Assembly: GCA_050084985.1 (NCBI GenBank)
Contig: JBITNC010000001.1
Coordinates: 74,090,001-74,154,000 of the forward strand
DNA from: Nageia nagi
Lineage: Eukaryota; Plantae; Pinophyta
Length of the DNA: 64,000 nucleotides
Direction of reading: 5' to 3'
Within the stretch, counting starts at the first letter, position 1, and each line of letters opens with the position of its first letter. Below are positions 37,588 through 49,933 of the stretch, one piece after another. Position numbers and translations under genes: made by a program. Under the pieces are notes generated by a model that was given only the letters and a program-made list of their open reading frames with translations, did no database searches and was not told the DNA's origin.

Positions 37588-39110
37588 TATGCCTCCCTTT
37601 ATAGGTATAATAAAATTAAATCTTGAAATGATATTATGCTTGCAAATGAAGTAAACATAAAGAGAAGTAAATTTTGATATTTCCTTGATTTTATTGTAGA
37701 ACTATCCAAATAATTAAGGATTTATGATGTATATTACTCCCTCTTTACCTTGGTTAGGAGATGTAATGGCTTGCATAAAGTAGAACAAACTAAGAGCAAA
37801 TAATGAAACCTGAAAATGAGAGACACACAGTTTCAAGGATATATGTGATTATTAACTCAAAAAATATATGAAAGTGGTAATGAGATTAAATATCATAAAA
37901 TTTCATCACAAATGATATAGCAATAATGGAGCAAGGATGAAATCAATAAAATATGCAGATATCATCTTGAGAAAACTAAATATAGAAATACTCAATCTTT
38001 CATTCTTAGATGCATACATAAGATATCATGATAAAGGTGTGTTCACATTGTCATAGGGCACATGCCCCATTCCTAGATACAATATATGAATTATAAAGAA
38101 CTAATATGGTGATAGTTATTTGATATCCAATAAATAAAGATGAATCAAAGAGATATCATTCATCATCATGAGGTACATGCCCCATTCTTATATATGACTT
38201 AAAAGTGATGGTTAGTTAAGACCTAACCAATAAAAGTGACTCAAGGATGATTGGTTTGAATATTTCCCAATCATACATATGATTAAATGCAAAATATAGA
38301 TAAGGATAAAAATACTTCTTGTATCTTACCTTTTATGCTAATTTGTGTTGATTCAACTTGATTTATGCCATTATATCTAAGCATCTGTACTAGCTTCAAC
38401 ATTGATGCTAGCTAAATAGAATTGTATGTTTGTGTTGTTATAATTGCATTATGTAATATGATTTATGAATATAAAAAAGATATTTTCATACCTAAAAAAT
38501 GTTGATAGAGTGTTGAATCCTATGATGAATAGGTCAAACCCAAGAATAAATGTGTTGAGAATGCATCATTCTTCAATTGGATGTCCACCCATTCTTGCAA
38601 AAATCTTATTCTCCATTATATGTTAGTCCTATATTAGTCTTTAGATCACATTCTACTAGAGGGTGTATAATTTCAAAGCTAGAGAGGTAGATGTGAAGGA
38701 ATCATAACATAGGTGCTAGTGACTAGCATGAGCACCAATGCTAGCGTAAACACTAAGATTTGTGATGAATTTAGCATCTAAAATTTGGGGTAAAGACTCT
38801 TGTTGGAAAGATAGGAAGAAAAACCATTTAATTTCTTCCTCATTAAATGTGTCCTAATTTAGATTTTAAATAGGCCAAATTGGGTTTATTTTCATATTCA
38901 TTATTTTGGAAGTAGAAGCTCTAGTCCAAGAAGAGCTTCGTGATCCTAATAGAGATAATTTGAGTTCTTTGGATGATTTGCATTATGATGAAATGGTTTG
39001 TGTATGTTAATGATGAATAGTCAATTAATTCTATTAATTATGGCTCTATAATGGTAGTAGTTCTTTCTCATGATTATTTTGCCATGGTTGAGTTTAACTA
39101 ATGAAGAAGC

Positions 39111-39137
39111 TTATTATTATTATTATTATTATTATTA
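39111..39137. repeat. (TTA)9 microsatellite
   Basis: Read directly from the sequence. Confidence 0.95.
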
Positions 39138-42119
39138 AATTTTTTTCTCCTTTTTGGTTTATTTTTAAGCTCTTGTTTAGTATCCTAATTCATACATAAT
39201 TCATAAGAGGGCTTGTTCAATCAAAAGATATGAATTAAAAAATCTAACAATCTTTGATGTATGTGTAAATTGTATTACAAAACTAATATAGTGAATCTTT
39301 TAGTATGTCTAAATACTATTATAATGTCGTGTTTTTATGAGGCAACCCAAGCCTAGATAGTTCTTAGGTCAACTTGAATATTAATCCTTTAGAGCTAATA
39401 ATTATAGATCATATTTTAAGTACCCAATTTTGTAATTAATTGAGTCTTATGTGGCATTTTGTGTTTATTAAAATATTTTTTTTCAAGCCTTTATCCTTCA
39501 TGTAAAGGATATAGAGTTTGGCTTTACATATGATGATTACTCTTTGCAAAATACTAACTTTCTTGTATATCATAAGTTTATTTTTAAATTTTTAGAAGAT
39601 TGGCTTATTTTGGGCATCTATGGTAAAAGTTTTAGACTACATTTTGATTAATTACATTGGATTTGTTTCAATCATAAGAAGGCCTCTCCAATTACCATTA
39701 AAAAATAAAGCTTTTATTAAGTTTTCAATTTTAATTTGATGGTATTTTTATTAGACTATTTCCTAGTAATTACTTGGTTCTATTGAAAGTTCAATTAATC
39801 AATTAGCCTAGCAACATTGAATTATGTGCTAGGATCAAGTTTTCAAATGAAATCACACATGAAATGTTGTAGTTATGAATCATATAGGAAATGTTTTATT
39901 TTAAAGGCATAACATTTGTTTGTGTTATGCTTTAGAACTATTTAAGAAGATTTTTCTTAAGGGAGATCAAATTTTACTTCCAATTAAAGATCAAGCTTGA
40001 TGTTTTTAACTAATCCAATTACAAGGAAATATTATAAGATATAATTTATGCATAAAAAGTTTAGTATACTTAAAAGCACTCATTATTATTAAATATTATT
40101 TTAGAAGATTTGATAGTGCCATACAAGTATTGTATATGCCTAAAAATGATTCATTATTTATGTAATAAATCATATTTATACTTCCTAAATAGCTTATTTA
40201 AATATTACAAATGTCAACATAAATTGATATTACAATGTAACATTTATTATATTAAATGCTATATCATTTATCATGATTCATATTTTAAAATATCTTGAAT
40301 ACAACAAAGTTTATATCATTTCTAGAGTTCATCCTTCACTCCTTTATATGTCTTTTCTAGGCTATATATGTGAGTGGAATAGGTTGACCTCCACAGATTA
40401 GTACTCTTTGATATGATAAGAACTTTGATAGGTGGTTATCAGCCATAATCTTCATCAAGCTACAATATCTTTGTATGCCACTTATTATGAGAAATTGTTA
40501 TACTCTAAGATCTGAACTTTCTATCTTTTGCATACAACACATTCAACATATCTCACATAGCCAATAATGTATTTTTCTCATGTCAATGATGGCTATGTCT
40601 TCTAGATCGAGTGTTCCAAATTTTAGCGATTGAGTTATTAATTCATATGCATGAATATCTATCATAAGCTCACCATGGATCTGATCCCAATCTTTGAAAA
40701 TCCATTACTACTTGTTATTAAGGATTGTACATACACTTCATATCAAGTTCATGTGTTTTATGTATATTTATTGTAATCTAATATAATATACATTATTATT
40801 TTTTTCTTCTATTATAGATCAATATATTTATTATGTATATTCATATTTTACATAACTTGAGGTCTATATTTTTGTGAACTTGATATTATTACACACCTAA
40901 ATCTCAATCTAGGGCATCCCTTCTAATGAGTTATGGATCCATTTTTATTATCTCTTCCCTTACCTAAAGTTATTAGAGTAATAGCTAGAAAAAATGATAA
41001 AACTAGGGTTTGTTATACTTATATTCCAAAGATCAATTTGAACAAAGAACAACCTAGAGCTTCTAGATGTAAAGTCCATTTTAAAGAGATCAAGAGAAGT
41101 ATGAGAGTTACTTCTTATTTACTTATGCAAGATCCTATTCCAAATGAAAAAATAGATATTAATGAAGATAATGATACTAAATATACAAGTTCTAGCAAGA
41201 AGATGGATATTATCAAAAAATGTCCTAGTAAGCTTAAAATGATTATTGATGATTATGATTTTGAAAATATAAGTTTGGAAAGCCATGATGATACTTCTAA
41301 TAGTGATGATAAAATTAAAGAGTAGATAGAATTCCTATCCATATTATTCTATTAATAAAGGAATTGTTATTTAATAAATAGAAATCAGAGTATTATCTTA
41401 CTAGCAATTTTGAGCAAGTTATTGATATCTTAACAAATTATAAGTTGTTAGAGACAAGATCAACAATGTCATAATACAAGGATAGTTTGTTTTCCTATGA
41501 AAATGTAGGTTTCAAAAAATAAAGAGTCTATACTACAAAGAAGGATGCTAATAATGATGTGCAAAACTATTTGCACACTGCTACTAATGTGGAATCAAAG
41601 GATATGACTACCAATAGGAAGGTGTTAATTGAAGAGGTCAACAAGAAAAGTGAGGCCAATTCTAAACACTTGGTAATTCACTTCAATGATTATCATCCAA
41701 GTATTCTTCATCAATGTTCTAATAGGAAAAAGGTAAAGGTAGGTTAATTAATAGTCAAATTATAGTAGATATTCTAAACAACTTTCTACTACAATTAATA
41801 ATGCTTATGAACATAATCTTGGGTGGGAAAAATAGAACATGAGAAAAACCTTGATGCTTAATAAAATGATTACTTTCAAAAGGTTAATAAGGAGTAATAA
41901 TTGGAATTTGCTAAAATTGGTTTAAAAAATAAAACATGAAACTACATAGGATTGGGCAATTTTGCAACTAAAAGAAGATGAAATGAGAAAGGAAAAAGCA
42001 AATAAAACTACCTCTCAAATTAGTATTGTACAACCACAAACCCCTCCTAGACCCAGTACTTTATCTTGATAAGGTGAATCCATTCAATGCATTACCAGTA
42101 CTAATCTCATGGGCTATCA

Positions 42120-43780
42120 ATAAATTTTTTACCCTCCCATATTTCTTGTTCAAAATAATAATCTTTCAATCCTTGTGGTGTATCTTGTCCAGCAATCCAT
42201 GGCAAAATGACAACTATTCATTTGGTGGAGGCATGCCCACCCTCTCTTGCAACTTCTTAAGAGATTGCTCCATGGATGCAATTTATGCATCCATAGCCGA
42301 TATAGTAGCCTATAAAGTGGTTTCCAAAGCCTTGAGAGGTTTGAGCCTCTCAACCTAAGTCTATAGTGTCATAATCTATGCAGCACCCTCTATTGTAAAT
42401 CACAAACCATCACATATTACTCTCCATAATATTATGAAAACCAATCTCCTAAAAGGTAACAAATGCACAAGTATGTTACCTACTACCACTAGTGGCACAA
42501 CCTCATCTAGGACTGCTAATCTTGGTGTCAATCCTAGTTCACCTTATATGAGAATGTCATGCATAGGATTGTCAAACTCCTACAAATCTTCATCTGGATA
42601 TCCCTTTGAAGATTCCATCATCTCTTCCTCATCCTCATCATCATCATTTATCCCCAATAATGTTATACACACAGTATCCCATCATGCCATAAATCCTCTC
42701 ATAATGTTTGGTGCCATAGCAATATTTGTAGCTGGGTATAATATCCTAGGCTCCTCCTAGGTGACCATCCAACCTGGTATGATCTTTGTTGGTGGTGGAT
42801 AATCCCTTTTTTCCTATAATAGTAGTAATAGATAGGGGTAGGAGGAATGTCTTACCAAATATTGAACTAGCATAATACTTGTTGTCAAAAGTATGGCTCC
42901 ACCAACTTCCTTTAGGTTTAGAGGAAGCAAGGTTACCTCACCCAAGCAAGTTGGTGGGCATCATCCTTGTAACAAAATTGATATTGGATACCCATACTAT
43001 GTCATCAAGCTAGAGTGCATCTATCTCTCTTCACCTCACCTCTAGTGTATGTGGGTACTTGTACCCACATTCTCACAATACCTAGCAAGTTAGGGTGATA
43101 TTTGAGGTATCATCCCTCTCCCTCTGTAGTTCCACAGGCTGAATGATGGTAATCTTCTTGTATGCCCATATCTAGAGGAGAACTATATGCACTATTATGA
43201 TGTTGAATTTATCAATACTAATAAAATTATAGAGGTCCTTGTAGAGTTGGGCCAAAACTAAAGATGCCAATGTAAACTACATACCTTAGGAACATATATC
43301 CTATACCACCCAAAGAAGATTGAGAGAAATAAAGAGATGTTTTTATTTGGGCACAAGTATGTGATGATGATAGAAGCAACAAGAAGCCTCAAGTGCCAAC
43401 CAGTGAATGAAAACTAGCATACCTTAGTGAGGTGAGCATTTCAGTGCTTCTAGTCATGATCCTCTTCCCCTATTAACCATAATGAGAGTTGTTAACTCTC
43501 ATTATTGTTTGATACCTCAACCTGCTGAACTAGATGACCTCAAATGGGAACTCCCCATATTTTATAGATTTCCACTATCATGACCATAATTTTGCTTAGG
43601 GGAAGGTGGAAGGAGTTCGTATCCTAATCCCACCTTTCTCTAATGCCATGAGAAGTGGTATGTCTTATTGGATATGCTTAGTGATGGCAAAATCATTCAG
43701 CTTAGCCCATATGAGAATATCATCCTCATGATTTATTAGTTGTCACCCCCATGCCTTATCCAATGCCAATGTAGATATGA
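42120..43780 (-). pseudogene. Plant mobile domain (PMD, aminotransferase-like; MAIN/MAIL-related) ORF relic of TE type
   Basis: LLMALE/RWD*DTNSFHLPLSKIMVMIVEIYK (cf. ALVERWxxETxTFHLPxGEMTITLEDV) and LASLVLAQLYKDL (cf. WGxAxLAxLYRxL), followed by an acidic tract and a coiled-coil-like tail. Ends approximate. Confidence 0.8.
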
Positions 43781-45431
43781 GACCACAAATAAAATTTTTA
43801 ATTAAGATAAAAACTCATAAACTTTGCTAATGAAAATAAAATAACCTCACTAAAGGCAAAACACACACTAAAAGATAAAACAAAGGCATGCTACAATATT
43901 TCACATAGGAGATTATCAAAAATTTGGAAAGCTAAGGTTAAAATAAGTAAATCCTACTTCATGGGTGAATGGTAGGCTAAGAATGTACTACACCATATGA
44001 TCCCTTTTCCTAAACAAAGGTCTCTTCATCAACTGCTAGTCTTGGTCTACCATGTTAGCCCAATGCACATAAGCAAGTTCAATAAAAGAAACTAAACTAT
44101 GAAAACCATGTCCCATGATCCTCATAGAGCTCTAAATAGTACAAGCAATGAGGTGATAGTGAAAATGATAGGTCAACATCCTCAATTGTTCAAAATATTA
44201 AACTAACCCTAGTAGTTTAAAATACATCCACTCAAATGACACATTGTATGCTTGGAAAATAATACATAATGTATGAAAAATGCTAAGAAATATTTAAATT
44301 ACCAAATGCATATTTTCTTAAAATCAATTTTATTGCATTCACACAGTTAACAACACACAAATAGTGTAATTGAGGTTCAATCTAGAACTCATGCTAATTA
44401 GAAATGATAAAAATGATATGTTTGAGTGTTTTAAATCATAATGTATTAGCCAAATTAATGTTATTCTATTTTCAATATTTATTTATAATAAATTTACACC
44501 ACTGATGACATGGTTTGTGCAAAATTTGAAAGCGATGCAAGTTCTATATTGCAATTCTATTTTCGTTACTTATAAAAATTGCATAAATTGGAAGATGGTT
44601 GGTGAATACTTAGAGATTTTAATTCATAAAAAAATGATTTGATTAAGTGATAATGTCAAATTTTTATTTTTGAATTTGTACATTTTATGACATGGTAAAT
44701 ATTTGAATATATTATTTTGCTATGTGAATTGAATATGCTATCTTTTGTGCAGATCAATTTGAACATATTCACATAGTCAACAACATGAAATAAGAAAAAG
44801 TATGGATTCGTTTAAATGTTGGTTATATTATGATAAGCCTTGCTAGAGTAAAAAGATATATATCATGTGAATATGATGATTATCTAGATAGAGAGTATAT
44901 GAATTCAAAAAGGGTCAATTTATTCCTTGAATGAAAAATATTATGAAATACATGATAGATGTTTCATGGGTTTTATGATGAAAATTATTATTACTTATTT
45001 TCAATTGAATATCATCAAAATTCATTGATTTCATATGAAAAATTGCACATTGATAATGGCATAGGTTACTACAAATACATTATAAATGGGACATGTTACA
45101 ATATATTGAAAATCTAATTACATATTGTTGTCACTAAAATACAACATGCCACAAAATCCTACAATTTTGGGGACCCTTAATGCCCCACATAAATACTTAG
45201 TCATGTAATAATCTTTCCCAACCTAGGTGACATCAAAAGACCTAGATTCAAAGATAATCCTCTCAGGTTCAAGCCTCATATTTCATATAGAGTTAATTAT
45301 ACCATGTCCAAATCTAAAATTTCTTAAAAAAAGGCTAAGTATAGAAATTAGAAGTTGATCTTAGGTGAACCAGCGGAGACTGAGACTAGTCAGAATGAAT
45401 TCAAGTTGAAGTTAACATTTGCAAGGGCTAG

Positions 45432-46390
45432 TACATGATTCAAAAAGACAAAATATTATCTTTTTGAAGCATAAAATGGGACTTGGAGGTCATATAGGAT
45501 GCAAGGGAAGGATGAAATGCACTCTTGATTATTTTCAAGCCCAATGCATACCTCTAGGAGACAAAATCCTATCTTTTTGAAGCATGCACCAAGGATAGGG
45601 AGGAGAATGGAATAGGATGATGCTTAAAAAGACTAAGGTAGGGAAACTTCAAGGTTTGCACATGATTTAAAAAGATAAAATCTTATCTTTTTGAATTGTG
45701 TGACCAAACTAGGAGGAACAACTGGATAAGTTTGAGGGGTGGAAAGCGACTCTCAAGCACTAAGGAGGATGGCACATGCATTAGAAAGATACCATCTTCT
45801 AATTTTAAATAATGGGACCAGCTCAACAAGGTAGGTAGGTTGGTTGAATGAAGAAAATGATTAAGGTATGAAGCTTGGAAACCTAAGGTTAAGTCCAACA
45901 TACCCAAGAGGGTTGATGCATGATTCTAGAAGACCTAATTTTGAATTTTTAAATCATGCACCAAGTCTAAGAAGCCTCTAGAATAGAGTAAAGTTTGAAA
46001 ATTTGGTAAAGGCATGAAGGAAAAGTATCAAAGAATGAAAATTAAGCTATTTGGAGGCCAATGAATGATTCAAAAAGACATAATCTTATCTTTTTAAACC
46101 ATGCAACCAAGATGGATGGGAAGGAGAGACTGGTGCATACCTTAAAAATTCAAAAACTTGACTTGTTGAATTATATGCAGGCTTGAGGAGAGCCTCAGTT
46201 GAGGTGAAAGATCAAATTTAGCAATTATAAAACCTAGAAATGCTAAAACTTATGAGGGATCATACCTTAGGGTGAGTTCATAGTTAAGATAAGTAAGCAA
46301 ATGAGCAAGAAGTGCCAACATTGGAACTATGCACACCTCCAAGGTTGGTGCATGGTTCAAAAAGATACAAATTTATCTCTTTCTCATGCA
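45432..46390. repeat. Array of eight ~44-bp palindromic repeats with non-repeated spacers (5' LTR)
   Basis: Consensus TGCATGATTCAAAAAGATA-AAATCT-TATCTTTTTGAATCATGCA. Starts at 45432, 45545, 45659, 45773, 45917, 46062, 46134, 46349. Confidence 0.9.
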
Positions 46391-46547
46391 TGAAGCCAAT
46401 ATGAGCATTAAAATTCTAACATCCAAAACTAGGTGGCTTGACATGAAATTTTAAATAGGCTTACATCTTGAGGTCAGCTATATTGAGGGATGAGATCTAT
46501 TTTTCTACTAACCCTAACTAACTAGAGTTAACTGGGAACCATTTTTG

Positions 46548-46555
46548 CTATAAAT
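46548..46555 (+). promoter_or_regulatory. TATA box (CTATAAAT) in the LTR, preceded by a telo-box-like AACCCTAA
   Basis: Conserved in the other LTR (59231-59238), followed by a CT-rich leader, ~220 bp upstream of the LTR ORF. Confidence 0.6.
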
Positions 46556-46769
46556 GCAAGCATGGGGACTTCATTTTCTCAAATCTAAAACTTGCTTCTC
46601 TTCCACTTTTATTCCAAATAAGTAGGAAATAATAGATTTTTGAGTGTGGATCCTTTTACTATTCATAGTAAGGCTTGCACAAGCATTTGGGAGGCAAAAT
46701 ATACCAATGTGGGGGAACCTTCACCACTTAGAAACTGACACATCATCCTTGAGATACCTCATTATAAGC

Positions 46770-49700
46770 ATGAATATCATGACATCTTCCAAGGGTAATT
46801 CAGCTTTAGACTTTGCTAGGGACCTTAAGAGGTTGAGACAAGATTGCATGCTCATCATCTGTGGGAGATAATACCCCCTTCCCAAATGGGTTAAAATCTT
46901 GAGAAATGGTCTCACATCCATAAAGATACATACTAGCAAGACATGGGCCTTTTACAAATGAGAAAGAAAATTTTGGGGTTGCCTACCATCAACCTCAAAT
47001 AAGATATCATCTTCTTCTCTAGACTCTTCATATGTACATTTGTACCCTTCATAGCTCTATTTCCATAATTATGCATCAACATTGGTCATTAATGGAAAAA
47101 AGGAGAGAGAATTATGCATGGAAATTGGTCATCACTAGAAACATTATTATGGACCTAAGCCCTAATGCCATCAAAATGACATTCAATGGACTTCAAAAGG
47201 AAATTTTGAATATAGTGAGCAATAATCATTGGCATGCTACTAAGAGACCAAGAAGGATTCTATGGCAATCAAGAACTAGATGTTGGAAAAGTCTTATGGG
47301 CTCAACAAGAATGCTCTCATAAATGCCCCTCACTCCAATTTCTACCCTTCAATCAAGTTGATAATCTTAATGTTGTCCAAAGTTCTTGGGAACAAAGATG
47401 GTTCAAAGTTTAGAAAATAATTCTTTGGCTTCATCATTAAGATTGCGAGAGGGAAGAGAATTAGGTGGAGCAAGGTGTTGAGTGATACAATTGCTAATCA
47501 AATATCATCCATGGGCACCACTCATATATTCTATCTCAATTCATACTTGGTATACATGTTTCTTCATGGAAAGTATAGGGCAACATGAGAGTTTGCATGG
47601 ATCGAGAAAGGGACCTATTTTATTTGGAGATGTTATCCAAAATGGAAGCTTGAGAGGTGATGGTATAGTTTCATAATGAAAAATGATGTATAATATCTAT
47701 AAGGACTTTAAAGGAAAAATCATGATGGTGAGGATCTCAAATTTAGCCAAAGATACATTGAAGAAACATGGGGACTTCTTCCTTCATCACTAACACTATT
47801 TGCACCTTAGAATTCATGGGTAAGTCATATAGCCATATAAATTAGCAAGGTTTGTGAGCAATAGATTTCTCCTTATGGAGATGATGAAGCAATTAGCCTT
47901 TCTACATTAACAGATATGGAAGAAGAAGTCAACCACTTCAAACTTACCAATCATAGTAGGTGAATACCAATGTAAGTCATAGGCAAATGTTGATACCATG
48001 AATAAATAGTTGGTGAGATTTAATTTCAAGAAGATGTCTACCATCAACCATTATGATCATGAACATAGGATACACAAGTTGTACATGAAGAAAGGAAGAA
48101 AACATATGAGCACAAACCACTTGAAGAAGAGGAACCTTTTTGAAATATGAGTAATAAGGTAGAGATGAGAAAGATTCATGAAAGGATGCACAAAGAATTC
48201 CATCATTAGCAAAATCTTGTAGAGGCCACCATCACTAAGAGGTTTTCATAATAGAAGGGGAGAAGATTTGAAGAATCCAATTCTAGGGTCACCTAATTTC
48301 CTCCCATAATTGAAACACCAGTTGGGAAATATGCATCAATGCATGGCAAGAACCTAATAGACTAGGTAGTACAACAAGTATGGGACACTATTGATGATCA
48401 TGATGTGAGAGAGCTAGAGCATGTGGCCACTTATAAGGTAGTATGATGTGTCAAGAATAGAGATAAGGACCCAAAACCACTATTTATACCACCTAGGAGA
48501 ATTGTTGCTAATCCATCTCTAGTTGTTCCACCATCTATGTCTTCTTCTTCCATTCCTATGTACCAACTTGATGAGAGTCAAGGAAAAGGCAAAATTAGAG
48601 GCTCAAAGTAGATCATGAGGTGAATACAACACAATATGATGATATCCCAAATGTATAACAAGAAGAGGAATCTTTAGAGATATTAAGGGTTGTCTAGAAT
48701 CTTATAGCTTCTAGGTCATCTATAGAGAAGAGTAAGAGACTAGCATTGGAGAAAATATAGAGGAAAGAACTCCAAAGAGAGTTAAGAAAAAATTAACCAT
48801 AATTCAAGAGGAGTTTTTGAAACTTACTAGCCATCACCTCAAAATAAATCAGGAGTTAATATGGAAGAGTGTTTCAATGTGTTCAACATGGACATCGAGG
48901 AGGAGTTCAAGGGAAGAGAGAAGAATGATAAGAATGGAGAAAGTTCTACTTTCTCAAAAAAGGTCCATACATATATACACTTATTTGATAATGAAATCCA
49001 CATCAATACCAAAAACACTAATAAGAAGAATCTATAGCATCCTAAATATCTTAGATAGATCAACCAAATCATTAACATAGGTCCCATTAGTTTGGCTGAT
49101 CAGAAACATTCAATCATATCCAACATTGAGGTAATTACCAAAGATAAAATGGTGAAGGAAAAGAGGATTAAGAGCCTCAATAAGGAGTTAGATGCATAGA
49201 ATAAGTTGAATATAGAGCTAAAATTAGCTAATATGCCCAAAGAGGTGCTTCAATAGAAAAAACCTCTCAAAGAGGGTAGGATTGTAGTAAAGCAAAAAGA
49301 GACTAAAGAGATCTTGGTGGTAGTATGATAGTTTATCAATGCATTGAATAACATAGCATCCCAAGAATAGAATTGAAGGAAAATGTAGTGGAGAGAGCTA
49401 GCTTTCTTCATATTTTGGATTCTCGGAGGCCTATGATCATGAAGTTCAAGATGACATAGGATCAAGGGCCCAAAGATGTGAAGTTTTGTGAAGAGCATTA
49501 GTTCTACTTGGGTGTCATCAACAAAATAGCTACACATTTCTAGGAACTACAAAAAGAGGTTGAAAAGCTCAATGAGAAGGCTAACATCTTCCTTGAGTAG
49601 ATGGAGTTCTAGGTCAAGTTTGTTGATGATAATACCATCATTAGGGATGAATACCTTCTAGTTATGGAAGTGAGACACTTTTTGCACATCTTGATCATGA

Positions 49701-49933
49701 TTGACAATGACTAACAACATCAACACTTTCCAAATAGGGAGCTATTCAAAGTAGTTACTTAAAGCTCACTCTTAGAGGGACTATATGCATAGGATACTAC
49801 ATAAGGTTAGATGCTATATTTCTAGGAACAAGTCAAATTTTTGAAAATGTTGCACTAGTTAGAACTCATGATAATGTTCCTAGATGAAGCTTTCAAGGGG
49901 TGCATTAAGGCATTGGGCCCATAGGTGCCATAG
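46770..49933 (+). pseudogene. Decayed ~1000-codon ORF of unknown function inside the 5' LTR
   Basis: Protein-like blocks shared with the 3' LTR copy: FFGFIIKIARGKRIRWSKVLSDTIANQISSMGTTHIFYLNSYLVY, IWRCYPKW, LKKHGDFFLHH*HYLHLRIHG. Then a Ser/Pro-rich linker and a Lys/Glu-rich coiled-coil-like region. Ends approximate. Confidence 0.7.

Larger units (their letters stand above)
30032..39005. repeat. Old tandem segmental duplication, unit ~4975 bp (30032-35006; second copy 35007-~39005, truncated)
   Basis: Colinear similarity for ~4 kb, e.g. ACTGTTAGACTTTAAGAAAGTAGAAA vs ACTATTAGGCTTTAAGAAAGTAGAAA. The LTR junction and downstream sequence are shared. Strongly diverged by eye. Confidence 0.92.

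Noticed and set aside
45432-46390. True CRISPR array
   Set aside because: Eukaryotic LTR context, no cas genes, degenerate repeats and spacers of 28-171 nt. Kept only as a CRISPR-like architecture.
48839-49537. Hydrophobic minus-strand ORFs as membrane or env-like genes (also 61700..62191, 52326..52736, 54134..54472, 30806..31115)
   Set aside because: They are antisense readings of A/G-rich, Lys/Glu-coding sequence and are not kept open in the paired copies.
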